Shown piece by piece: positions 13,137-27,692 of a stretch of 64,000 nucleotides of DNA. The stretch is from the human T2T-CHM13v2.0 reference genome, Homo sapiens: assembly GCF_009914755.1 (NCBI RefSeq), contig NC_060925.1; one strand, given 5' to 3'. Below the pieces are notes generated by a model. The model did not search any database. It was not told the origin of the DNA and saw only the letters and a program-made list of their open reading frames with translations. The position numbers and the translations under genes are program-made. Numbering within the stretch: the first letter of the stretch is position 1; every line of letters starts with the position of its first letter.

Positions 13137-16100
13137 GCTTCCGTTGGATGATAAGTCCATTCGGGTCCATTCGATGATGATCACACTGGATTTCATTACA
13201 TAATTCTATTCGATTCCATTCGATGATGATTCCATTCATTTCCATCCGATGATGATTCCATTCGATTCCGTTCAATGATTATTCCATTCGAGTCCATTCG
13301 ATGATTCCATTCGATTCCATTCGATGATGATTGCATTCGAGTCCATGGATTATTCCATTCCATTCCATTAGATGATTCCATTCGGGTCCATTCGATGATT
13401 CTCTTCGATTCCATTCGATAATTCCGTTTTTTTCCGTTTGATGTTGATTCCATTCGATTCCATTCGATGACAATTCCATTCGATTCTATGCGATGATTCC
13501 ATTCCATTCCATTTGAAGATGATTCCATTCGAGACCATTCGATAATTGCATTCAATTCATTCGATGACTATTCCATTCAATTCCGCTCAATGATTCCATT
13601 TGATTCCATTTGATGTTGATTCCATTCGATTCCATTTTATGATGATTCCATGCAATTCCATTCAATGATGACTCCTTTCATTTCCATTCGATGATGATTC
13701 CATTCGTTTCCATCCGATGATGGTTCCATTCGATTCCGTTCAATGATTATTCCATTCGAGTCCATTCGATGATTCCATTCGATTCTATACGATGATGATT
13801 TCATTCGAGTCCATGGATTATTCCATTCCATTCCATTAGATGATTCCATTCGAGTCCATTCGATGATTCCCTTCGATTCCATTCGATAATTCCGCTTGAT
13901 TCCGTTTGATGTTGATTCCATTCGAGTCCATTCAATGTTAATTCCATTCGATTCTATGCGATGATTCCATTCTTTTCCATTAGAAGATGATTCCCTTCGA
14001 GACCGTTCGATGATTGCATTCAATTCATTCGATGACGATTCCATTCAATTCTGTTCAATGTTTCCATTAGATTCCACTCGATGATGATTCCATTCGATTC
14101 CATTTGATGATGATTCCATGCGATTCCATTAGATGATGACCCCTTTCAGTTCCATTCAATGAGGATTCCATTCGGTTCCATTTGATGATGATTCCTTTGA
14201 ATTGCATTTGATGACAATTCCATTCAATACCAATTGATGATGGTTATTTTTGATTCCATTTGATGATGATTACATTCGATTCCATTTGATCATAATTCCA
14301 TTCGATTCCACTCGATGATTCCATTCGATTCCATTCAATGTTGATTCCATTCGAGTTCATTGACTGTTCCATTCCATTCCATTCGATGATTCCATTCGAG
14401 TCCATTCGATGATTCTATTCGATTGCATTCGATAATTCCATTCGATTGCATTCGATAATTCCATTCGATTGCATTTGAGGATAATTCCATTTGAGTCCAT
14501 TCGATGATTGTTCCATTCGATTCTATTCGGTGATTCCATTCGATTCCATTTGATAATGATTCCAATCGAGACCATTCGATGATTCCATTCAATTCCATTC
14601 AATAATGATCCCTTTCGAGTCCATTCAATGATTCCATTCCAGTCCATTCGATGATTCCATCTGATTCCATTCAATGAATCCATTCGATTCCATTCTATGA
14701 CGATTCCAATCATTTCGATCTGATGATGATTCCATTCGATTCCATTCAATGATACCATTCGATTCCATTTGATGATGATTTCAATCAATTTTATTTGATG
14801 ATTCCATTCGAATCCATTCGATGATGAGTCCATCCATTTCAATTTCATGATAATTCCATTCATTTCAATTCGATGGTGTTTCCATTCGATTCATTCGATG
14901 TTGATTCCATTAGCTTCCGTTGGATGATGATTCCATTCGGGTCCATTCGATGATGATCACACTGGATTTCATTCCATAATTCTATTCGATTCCATTCGAT
15001 GATGATTCCATTCATTTCCATCCGATGATGATTCCATTCGATTCCTTTCAATGATTATTCCATTCGAGTCCATTCGATGATTCCATTCGATTCCATTCGA
15101 TGATGATTGCATTCGAGTCCATGTATTATTCCATTCCATTCCATTAGATGATTCAATTCGGGTCCGTTCGATGATTCTCTTCGATTCCATTCGATAATTC
15201 CGTTTTTTTCCGTTTGATGTTGATTCCATTCGATTCCATTTGATGATAATTCCATTCGACTCTATGCAATGATTCCATTCTATTCCATTTGAAGATGATT
15301 CCATTCGAGACCATTCGATGATTGCATTCAATTCAATCGATGACGATTCCATTCAATTCCGTTCAATGATTCCATTTGAATCCATTTGATGTTGATTCCA
15401 TTCGATTCCATTTTATGATGATTCCATGCAATTCCATTAGATGATGGCTCCTTTCCTTTCCATTCAATGATGATTCCATTCGTTTCCATCCAATGATGGT
15501 TCCATTCGATTCCGTTCAATGATTATTCCATTCGAGTCCTTTCGATGATTCCATTCGATTCTATACGATGATGATTGCATTCGAGTCCGTGGATTATTCC
15601 ATTCCATTCCATTAGATGATTCCATTTGAGTCCATTCGATGATTCTCTTCGATTCCATTCGATAATTCCGCTTGATTCCGTTTGATGTTGATTCCATTCG
15701 AGTCCATTCAATGTTAATTCCATTCGATTCTATGCGATGATTCCATTCCTTTCCATTAGAAGATGATTCCATTCGAGACCATTCGATGATTGCATTCAAT
15801 TCATTCCATGACGATTCCATTCAATCCCGTTCAATGATTCCATTAGATTCCATTTGATGATGATTCCATTCGATTCCATTTGATGATGATTCCATGTGAT
15901 TTCATTAGATGATGACCCCTTTCATTTCCATTCAATGAGGATTCTATTCGGTTCCATTTGATGATGATTCCTCTGAATTCCATTTGATGACAATTCCATT
16001 CAATACCAATTGATGATGGTTATTTTTGATTCCATTTGATGATGATTACATTCGATTCCATTTGATCATAATTCCATTCGATTCCACTCGATGATTCCAC

Positions 16101-19100
16101 TCGATTCCATTCAATGTTGATTGCATTCGAGTTCATTGACTATTCCATTCCATTCCATTCGATGATTCCATTCGAGTCCATTCGATGATTCTATCCCATT
16201 GCATTCGATAATTCCATTCGATTGCATTCGATAATTCCATTCGATTCCATTTGAGGATAATTCCATTTGAGTCCATTCGATGATTGTTCCATTCGATTCT
16301 ATTCGGTGATTCCATTCGATTCCATTTGATAATGATTCCAATCGAGACCATTCGATGATTCCATTCAATTCCATTCAATAATGATCCCTTTCGAGTCCAT
16401 TCAGTGATTCCATTCCAGTCCATTCGATGATTCCATCTGATTCCATTCAATGAATCCATTCGATTCCATTCTATGACGATTCCATTCATTTCCATCTGAT
16501 GATGATTCCATTCGATTCCATTTAATGATACCATTCGATTCCATTTGATGATGATTTCAATCAATTTTATTCGATGATTCCATTCGAATCCATTCGATGA
16601 TGAGTCCATCCATTTCAATTTCATGATAATTCCATTCGTTTCAATTCGATGGTTTTTCCATTCGATTCATTCGATGTTGATTCCATTAGCTTCCGTTGGA
16701 TGATGATTCCATTCGGGTCCATTCGATGATGATCACACTGGATTTCATTCCATAATTCTATTCGATTCCATTCGATGATGAATCCATTCATTTCCATCCG
16801 ATGATGATTCCATTCGATTCCGTTCAATGATTATTCCATTCGAGTCCATTCGATGATTCCATTCGATTCCATTCGATGATGATTGCATTCGAGTCCATGT
16901 ATTATTCCATTCCATTCCATTAGATGATTCCATTCGGGTCCATTCGATGATTCTCTTCGATTCCATTCGATAATTCCGTATTTTTCCGTTTGATGTTGAT
17001 ACCATTCGATTCCATTCGATGATAATTCCATTCGATTCTATGCGATGATTCCATTCCATTCCATTTGAAGATGATTCCATTCGAGACCATTCGATGATTG
17101 CATTCAATTCATTCGATGACGATTCCATTCAATTCTGTTCAATGATTCCTTCAGATTCCATTTGATGATGATTCCATTCGATTCCATTTGATGATGATTC
17201 CATGCGATTCCATTAGATGATGACCTCTTTCATTTCCATTCAATGAGGATTCCATTCGGTTCCATTTGATGATGATTCCTTTGAATTCCATTTGATGACA
17301 ATTCCATTCAATACCAATTGATGATGGTTATTTTTGATTCCATTTGATGATGATTACATTCGATTCCATTTGATCATAATTCCATTCGATTCCACTCGAT
17401 GATTCCATTCGATTCCATTCAATGATGATTCCATTCGAGTTCATTGACTGTTCCATTCCATTCCATTCGATGATTCCATTCGAGTCCATTCGGTGATTCT
17501 ATTCGATTGCATTCGATAATTCCATTCGATAGCATTCGATAATTGCATTCGATTCCATTTGAGGTTAATTCCATTTGAGTCCATTCGATGATTGTTCCAT
17601 TCGATTCTATTCGGTGATTCCATTCGATTCCATTTGATAATGATTCCAATCGAGACCATTCGATGATTCCATTCAATTCCATTCAATCATGATCCCTTTC
17701 GAGTCCATTCACTGATTCCATTCCAGTCCATTCGATGATTCCATCTGATTCCATTCAATGAATCCATTCGATTCCATTCTATGACGATTCCATTCATTTC
17801 CATCTGATGATGATTCCATTCGATTCCATTCAATGATACCATTCGATTCCATTCGATGATGATTTCTATCAATTTTATTCGATGATTCCATTCGAATCCA
17901 TTCGATGATGAGTCCATCCATTTCAATTTCATGGTAATTCCATTCGTTTCAATTCGATGGTGTTTCCATTTGATTCATTCGATGTTGATTCCATTAGCTT
18001 CCGTTGGATGATGATTCCATTCGGGTCCATTCGATGATGATCACACTGGATTTCATTCCATAATTCTATTCGATTCCATTCGATGATGATTCCATTAATT
18101 TCCATCCGATGATGATTCCATTCGATTCCGTTCAATGATTATTCCATTTGAGTCCATTCGATGATTCCATTCGATTCCATTCGATGATGATTGCATTCGA
18201 GTCCATGGATTATTCCATTCCATTCCATTAGATGATTCCATTCGGGTCCATTCGATGATTCTCTTCGATTCCATTCGATAATTCCGTTTTTTTCCGTTTG
18301 ATGTTGATTCCATTCGATTCCATTCGATGATAATTCCATTCGATTCTATGCGATGATTCCATTCCATTTCATTTGAAGATGATTCCATTCGAGACCATTC
18401 GATGATTGCATTCAATTCATTCGATGACTATTCCATTCAATTCCGTTCAATGATTCCATTTGATTCCATTTGATGTTGATTCCATTCGATTCCATTTTAT
18501 GATGATTCCATGCAATTCCATTAGATGATGACTCCTTTCATTTCCATTCGATGATGATTCCATTCGTTTCCATCCGATGATGATTCCATTCGATTCCGTT
18601 CAATGATTATAACATTCGAGTCCATTCGATGATTCCATTCGATTCCATTCGATGATGATTCCATTCGAGTCCATGGATTATTCCATTCCATTCCATGAGA
18701 TGATTCCATTCGGGTCCGTCGATGATTCTCTTCGATTCCATATGATAATTCCGTTTTTTTCCGTTTGATGTTGATACCATTCGATTCCATTCGATGATAA
18801 TTCCATTCGATTCTATGCGATGATTCCATTCCATTCCATTTGAAGATGATTCCATTCGAGACCATTCGATGATTGCATTCAATTCATTCGATGACGATTC
18901 CATTCAATCCCTTTCAATGATTCCATTTGATTCCATTTTATGTTGATTCCATTCGATTCCATTTTATGATGGTTCCATGCGATTCCATTAGATGATGACC
19001 CCTTTCATTTCCATTCAATGAGGATTCCATTCGGTTCCATTTAATGATGTTTTCTTTGAATTCCATTTGATGACAATTCCATTCAATACCAATTGATGAT

Positions 19101-22100
19101 GGTTATTTTTGATTCCATTTGATGATGATTACATTCGATTCCATTTGATCATAATTCCATTCGATTCCACTCGATGATTCCATTCGATTCCATTCAATGT
19201 TGATTCCATTCGAGTTCATTGACTGTTCCATTCCATTCCATTCGATGATTCCATTCGAGTCCATTCGATGATTCTATTCGATAGCATTCGATAATTCCAT
19301 TCGATTCCATTCGATAATTCCATTCCATTCCATTTGAGGATAATTCCATTTGAGTCCATTCGATGATTGTTCCATTCGATTCTATTCGGTGATTCCATTC
19401 GATTCCATTTGATAATGATTCCAATCGAGACCATTCGATGATTCCATTCAATTCCATTCAATCATGATCCCTTTCGAGTCCATTCAATGATTCCATTCCA
19501 GTCCATTCGATGATTCCATCTGATTCCATTCAATGAATCAATTCGATTCCATTCATTTCCATCTGATGATGATTCCATTCGATTCCATTCAATGATACCA
19601 TTCGATTCCATTCGATGATGATTTCAATCAATTTTATTCGATGATTCCATTCGAATCCATTCGATGATGAGTCCATCCATTTCAATTTCATGATAATTCC
19701 ATTCGTTTCAATTCGATGGTGTTTCCATTCGATTCATTCGATGTTGATTCCATTAGCTTCCGTTGGATGATGATTCCATTCGGGTCCATTCGATGAGGAT
19801 CACACTGGATTTCATTCCATAATTCTATTCGATTCCATTCGATGATGATTCCATTCATTTCCATCCGATGATGATTCCATTCGATTCCGTTCAATGATTA
19901 TTCCATTCGAGTCCATTCGATGATTCCATTCGATTCCATTCGATGATGATTGCATTCGAGTCCATGGATTATTCCATTCCATTCCATTAGATGATTCCAT
20001 TCGGGACCATTCGATGATTCTCTTCGATTCCATACGATAATTCCGTTTTTTTCCGTTTGATGTTGATTCCATTCGATTCCATTCGATGATAATTCCATTC
20101 GATTCTATGCGATGATTCCATTCCATTCCATTTGAAGATGATTCCATTCGAGACCATTCCATGATTGCATTCAATTCATTCGATGACGATTCCATTCAAT
20201 TCCGTTCAATGATTCCATTTGATTCCATTTGATGTTGATTCCATTCGATTCCATTTTATGATGATTCCATGCAATTCCATTAGATGATGACTCCTTTCAT
20301 TTCCATTCGATGATGATTCCATTCGTTTCCATCCGATGATGATTCCATTCGATTCCGTTCAATGATTATTCCATTCGAGTCCATTCGATGATTCCATTCG
20401 ATTCCATTCGATGATGATTGCATTCGAGTCCATGGATTATTCCATTCCATTCCATTAGATGATTCCATGCGGGTCCGTTCGATGATTCTCTTCGATTCCA
20501 TTCGATAATTCCGTTTTTTTCCGTTTGATGTTGATACCATTCGATTCCATTCGATCATAATTCCATACGATTCTATGCGATGATTCCATTCCATTCCATT
20601 TGAAGATGATTCCATTCGAGACCATTCGATGATTGCATTCAATTCATTCGATGACGATTCCATTAAATTCTGTTCAATGATTCCATTTGGTTCCATATGA
20701 TGTTGATTCCATTGGATTCCATTTGATGATGATTCCATGCAATTCCATTAGATGATGACTCCTTTCATTTCCATTCGATGATGATTCCATTCGTTTCCAT
20801 CCGATGATGATTCCATTCGATTCCGTGCAATGATTATTCCATTCGAGTCCATTCGATGATTCCATTCGATTCCATTCGATGATGATTGCATTCGAGTCCA
20901 TGGATTATTCCATTCCATTCCATTAGATGATTCCAAGCGGGTCCGTTCGATGATTCTCTTCGATTCCATTCGATAATTCCGTTTTTTTCCGTTTGATGTT
21001 GATACCATTCGATTCCATTCGATCATAATTCCATACGATTCTATGCGATGATTCCATTCCATTCCATTTGAAGATGATTCCATTCGAGACCATTCGATGA
21101 TTGCATTCAATTCATTCGATGACGATTCCATTCAATTCCGTTCAATTATTCCATTTGAATCCATTTGATGTTGATTCCATTCGATTCCATTTGATGATGA
21201 TTCCATGCAATTCCATTAGATGATGACTTCTTTCATTTCCATTCGATGATGATTCCATTCGTTTCCATCCGATGATGGTTCCATTCGATTCCGTGCAATG
21301 ATTATTCCATTCGAGTCCATTCGATGATTCCATTAGATTCTATATGATGATGATTGCATTCGAGTCCGTGGATTATTCCATTCCATTCCATTAGATGATT
21401 CCATTCGAGTCCATTCGATGATTCTCTTCGATTGCATTCGATAATTCCGCTTGATACCGTTTGATGTTGATTCCATTCGAGTCCATTCAATGTTAATTCC
21501 ATTCGATTCTATGCGATGATTCCATTCCTTTCCATTAGAAGATGATTCCATTCGAGACCATTCGATGATTACATTCAATTCATTCGATGACAATTCCATT
21601 CAATTCTGTTCCATGATTCCATTAGATTCCATTTGATGATGATTCCATTCGATTCCATTTGATGATGATTCCATGCGATTCCATTAGATGATGACCCCTT
21701 TCATTTCCATTCAATGAGGATTCCATTCGGTTCCATTTGATGATGTTTCCTTTGAATTCCATTTGATGACAATTCCATTCAATACCAATTGATGATGGTT
21801 ATTTTTGATTCCATTTGATGATGATTACATTCGATTCCATTTGATCATAATTCCATTCGATTCCACTCGATGATTCCATTCGATTCCATTCAATGATGAT
21901 TCCATTCGAGTTCATTGACTGTTCCATTCCATTCCATTCGATGATTCCATTCGAGTCCATTTGATGATTGTATTCGATTGCATTCGATAATTCCATTCGA
22001 TTGCATTCGATAATTCCATTCGATTCCATTTGAGGATAATTCCATTTGAGTCCATTCGATGATTGTTCCATTCGATTCTATTCGGTGATTCCATTCGATT

Positions 22101-23333
22101 CCATTTGATAATGATTCCAATCGAGACCATTCGATGATTCCATTCAATTCCATTCAATAATGATCCCTTTCCAGTCCATTCAATGATTCCATTCCAGTCC
22201 ATTCGATGATTCCATCTGATTCCATTCAATGAATCCATTCGATTCCATTCTATGACGATTCCATTCATTTCCATCTGATGATGATTCCATTCGATTCCAT
22301 TCAATGATACCATTCGATTCCATTCGATGATGATTTCAATCAATTTTAGTCGATGATTCCATTCGAATCCATTCGATGATGTGTCCATCCATTTCAATTT
22401 CATGGTAATTCCATTCGTTTCAATTCGATGGTGTTTCCATTTGATTCATTCGATGTTGATTCCATTAGCTTCCGTTGGATGATGATTCCATTCGGGTCCA
22501 TTCGATGATGATCACACTGGATTTCATTCCATAATTCTATTCGATTCCATTCGATGATGATTCCATTCATTTCCATCCGATGATGATTCCATTCGATTCC
22601 GTGCAATGATTATTCCATTCGAGCCCATTCGATGATTCCATTCGATTCCATTCGATGATGATTGCATTCGAGTCCATGGATTATTCCATTCCATTCCATT
22701 AGATGATTCCATGCGGGTCCGTTCGATGATTCTCTTCGATTCCATTCGATAATTCCGTTTTTTTCCGTTTGATGTTGATACCATTCGATTCCATTCGATC
22801 ATAATTCCATACGATTCCATGCGATGATTCCATTCCATTCCATTTGTAGATGATTCCATTCGAGACCATTCGATGATTGCATTCAATTCATTCGATGACG
22901 ATTCCATTCAATTCCTTTCAATGATTCCATTTGATTCCATTTGATGTTGATTCCATTCGATTCCATTTTATGATGATTCCATGGAATTCCATTAGATGAT
23001 GACTCCTTTCATTTCCATTCGATGATGATTCCATTCGTTTCCATCCGATGATGATTCCATTCGATTCTGTTCAATGATTATTCCATTCGTGTCCATTCGA
23101 TGATTCCATTCGATTCCATTCCATGATGATTGCATTCGAGTCCGTGGATTATTCCATTCCATTCCATTAGATGATTCCATTCGAGTCCATTCGATGATTC
23201 TTTTCGATTCCATTCGATAATTCCGCTTGATTCCGTTTGATGTTGATTCCATTCGAGTCCATTAAATGTTAATTCCATTCGATTCTATGCGATGATTCCA
23301 TTCCTTTCCATTAGAAGATGATTCCCTTCGAGA

Positions 23334-24131
23334 CCATTCGATGATTGCATTCAATTCATTCGATGACGATTCCCTTCAATTCTGTTCAATGATTCCATTA
23401 GATTCCATTTGATGATGATTCCATTCGATTCCATTTGATGATGATTCCATGCGATTCCATTAGATGATGACCCCTTTCATTTCCATTCAATGAGGATTCC
23501 ATTCGGTTCCATTTGATGATGATTCCTTTGAATTCCATTTGATGACAAATCCATTCAATACCAATTGATGATGGTTATTTTTGATTCCATTTGATGATGA
23601 TTACATTCGATTCCAATTGATCATAATTCCATTCGATTCCACTCGATGATTCCATTCGATTCCATTCAATGATGATTCCATTCGAGTTCATTGACTGTTG
23701 CATTCCATTCCATTCGATGATTCCATTCGAGTCCATTCGATGATTGCATTCAATTCATTCGATGACGATTCCATTCAATTCTGTTCAATGATTCCTTTAG
23801 ATTCCATTTGATGATGATTCCATTCGATTCCATTTGATGATGATTCCATGCGATTCCATTAGATGATGACCCCTTTCATTTCCATTCAATGAGGATTCCC
23901 TTCGGTTCCATTTGGTGATGATTCCTTTGAATTCCATTTGATGACAATTCCTTACAATACCAATTGATGATGGTTATTTTTCATTCCATTTGATGATGAT
24001 TACATTCGATTCCATTTGATCATAATTCCATTCGATTCCACTCGATGATTCCATTCGATTCCATTCAATGATGATTCCATTCGAGTTCATTGACTGTTCC
24101 GTTCCATTCCATTCGATGATTCCATTCGAGT
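23334..24131 (+). repeat. 399-bp tandem duplication inside a unit (copy 1 of 4)
   Basis: TAGATGATGACCCCTTTC occurs at 23461 and 23860; unit length 2175 = 1776 + 399; chimeric junction GAGTCCATTCGATGATTGCATTCAATTC near 23733-23745. Confidence 0.9.
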
Positions 24132-27100
24132 CCATTCAATGATTCTATTCAATTGCATTCGATAATTCCATTCGATTGCATTCGATAATTCCATTCGATT
24201 CCATTGGAGGATAATTCCATTTGAGTCCATTCGATGATTGTTCCATTCGATTCTATTCGGTGATTCCATTGGATTCCATTTGATAATGATTCCAATTGAG
24301 ACCATTCCATGATTCCATTCAATTCCATTCAATAATGATCTCTTTCGAGTCCATTCAATGATTCCATTCCAGTCCATTCGATGATTCCATGTGATTCCAT
24401 TCAATGAATCCATTCGATTCCATTCTATGACGATTCTATTTATTTCCATCTGATGAAGATTGCATTCGATTCCATTCAATGATACCATTCGATTCCATTT
24501 GATGATGATTTCAATCAATTTTATTCGATGATTCCATTCGAATCCATTCGATGATGAGTCCATCCATTTCAATTTCATGATAATTCCATTCGTTTGAATT
24601 CGATAGTGTTTCCATTTGACTCATTCGATGTTGATTCCATTAGCTTCCGTTGGTTGATGATTCCATTCGGTTCCATTCGATGATCACACTGGGTTTCATT
24701 CCATAATTCTATTCGATTCCATTCGATGATAATTCCATTCATATCCATCCGATGATGATTCCATTCGATTCCGTTCAATGATTATTCCATTCGAGTCCAT
24801 TCGATGATTCCATTCGATTCCATTCGATGATGATTGCATTCGAGTCCATGGATTATTCCATTCCATTCCATTAGATGATTCCATTCGGGTCCATTCGATG
24901 ATTCTCTTCGATTCCATTCGATAATTCCGTTTTTTTCCGTTTGATGTTGATTCCATTCGATTCCATTCGATGATAATTCCATTCGATTCTATGCGATGAT
25001 TCCGTTCCATTCCATTTGAAGATGATTCCATTCGAGACCATTCGATGATTGCATTCAATTCATTCGATGACGATTCCATTCAATTCCGTTCAATGATTCC
25101 ATTTGATTCCATTTGATTTGACTCCATTCGATTCCATTTTATGATGGTTCCATGCAATTCCATTAGATGATGACTCCTTTCATTTCCATTCGATGATGAT
25201 TCCGTTCTTTTCCATCGAAGATGATGATTCCATTCGATTCCGTTCAATGATTATTCCATTCGAGTCCATTCGATGATTCCATTCGATTCTATACGATGAT
25301 GATTGCATTCGAGTCCGTGGATTATTCCATTCCATTCCATTAGATGATTCCATTCGAGTCCATTCGATGATTCTCTTCGATTCCATTCGATAATTCCGCT
25401 TGATTCCGTTTGATGTTGATTCCATTCGAGTCCATTCAATGTTAATTCCATTCGATTCTATGCGATGATTCCATTCCTTTCCATTAGAAGATGATTCCCT
25501 TCGAGACCGTTCGATGATTGCATTCAATTCATTCGATGACGATTCCATTCAATTCTGTTCAATGTTTCCATTAGATTCCATTTGATGATGATTCCATTCG
25601 ATTCCATTTGATGATGATTCCATGCGATTCCATTAGATGATGACCCCTTCATTTCCATTCAATGAGGATTCCATTCGGTTCCATTTGATGATGATTCCTT
25701 TGAATTCCATTTGATGACAATTCCATTCAATACCAATTGATGATGGTTATTTTTGATTCCATTTGATGATGATTACATTCGATTCCATTTGATCATAATT
25801 CCATTCGATTCCACTCGATGATTCCATTCGATTCCATTCAATGATGATTCCATTCGAGTTCATTGACTGTTCCATTCCATTCCATTCGATGATTCCATTC
25901 GAGTCCATTCGATGATTCTATTCGATTGCATTTGATAATTCCATTCGATTGCATTCGATAATTCCATTAGATTCCATTTGAGGATAATTCCATTTGAGTC
26001 CATTCGATGATTGTTCCATTCGATTCTATTCGGTGATTCCATTCGATTCCATTTGATAATGATTCCAATCGAGACCATTCGATGATTCTATTCAATTCCA
26101 TTCAATAATGATCCCTTTCGAGTCCATTCAATGATTCCATTCCAGTCCATTCGATGATTCCATCTGATTCCATTCAATGAATCCATTCGATTCCATTCTA
26201 TGACGATTCCATTCATTTCCATCTGATGATGATTCCATTCGATTCCATTCAATGATACCATTCGATTCCATTTGATGATGATTTCAATCAATTTTATTCG
26301 ATGATTCCATTCGAATCCATTCGATGATGAGTCCATCCCTTTCAGTTTCATGATAATTCCATTCGTTTCAATTCGATGGTGTTTCCATTCGATTCATTCG
26401 ATGTTGATTCCATTAGCTTCCGTTGGATGATGATTCCATTCGGGTCCATTCGATGATCACACTGGATTTCATTCCATAATTCTATTCGATTCCATTCGAT
26501 GATGATTCCATTCATATCCATCCGATGATGATTCCATTCGATTCCGTTCAATGATTATTCCATTCGAGTCCATTCGATGATTCCATTCGATTCCATTCGA
26601 TGATGATTGCATTCGAGTCCATGGATTATTCCATTCCATTCCATTAGATGATTCCATTCGGGTCCGTTCGATGATTCTCTTCGATTCCATTCGATAATTC
26701 CGCTTGATTCCGTTTGATGTTGATACAATTCGATTCCATTCGATGATAATTCCATTCGATTCTATGCGATGATTCCATTCCATTCCATTTGAAGATGATT
26801 CCATTCGAGACCATTCGATGATTGCATTCAATTCATTCGATGACGATTCCATTCAATTCCGTTCAATGATTCCATTTGATTCCATTTGATGTTGATTCCA
26901 TTCGATTCCATTTTATGATGATTACATGCAATTCCATTAGATGATGACTCCTTTATTTTCCATTCGATGATGATTCCATTCATTTCCATCCGATGATGAT
27001 TCCATTCGATTCCGTTCAATGATTATTCCATTCGAGTCCATTCGAGGATTCCATTCGATTCTATACGATGATGATTGCATTCGAGTCCGTGGATTATTCC

Positions 27101-27602
27101 ATTCCATTCCATTAGATGATTCCATTCGAGTCCATTCGATGATTCTCTTCGATTCCATTCGATAATTCCGCTTGATTCCGTTTGATGTTGATTCCATTCG
27201 AGTCCATTCAATGTTAATTCCATTCGATTCTATGCGATGATTCCATTTCTTTCCATTAGAAAATTATTCCATTCGAGACCATTCGATGATTGCACTCAAT
27301 TCATTCGATGACGATTCCATTCAATTCTGTTCAATGATTCCATTAGACTCCATTTGATGATGATTCCATGCGATTCCATTAGATGATGACCACTTTCAGT
27401 TCCATTCAATGAGGATTCCATTCGGTTCCATTTGATGATGATTCCTTTGAATTCCATTTGATGACAATTCCATACAATACCAATTGATGATTGTTATTTT
27501 TGATTCCATTTGATGATGATTACATTCGATACCATTTGATCATAATTCCATTCGATTCCACTCGATGATTCCATTCGATTCCATTCAATGATGATTCCAT
27601 TC

Positions 27603-27692
27603 GAGTTCATTGACTGTTCCATTCAATTCCATTCGATGATTCCATTCGAGTTCATTGACTGTTCCATTCCATTCCATTCGATAATTCCATTC
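27603..27692 (+). repeat. 45-bp local duplication of the GAGTTCATTGACTGTTCC segment
   Basis: GAGTTCATTGACTG occurs at 27603 and 27648; elsewhere it is single-copy per 840-bp block. Confidence 0.85.
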
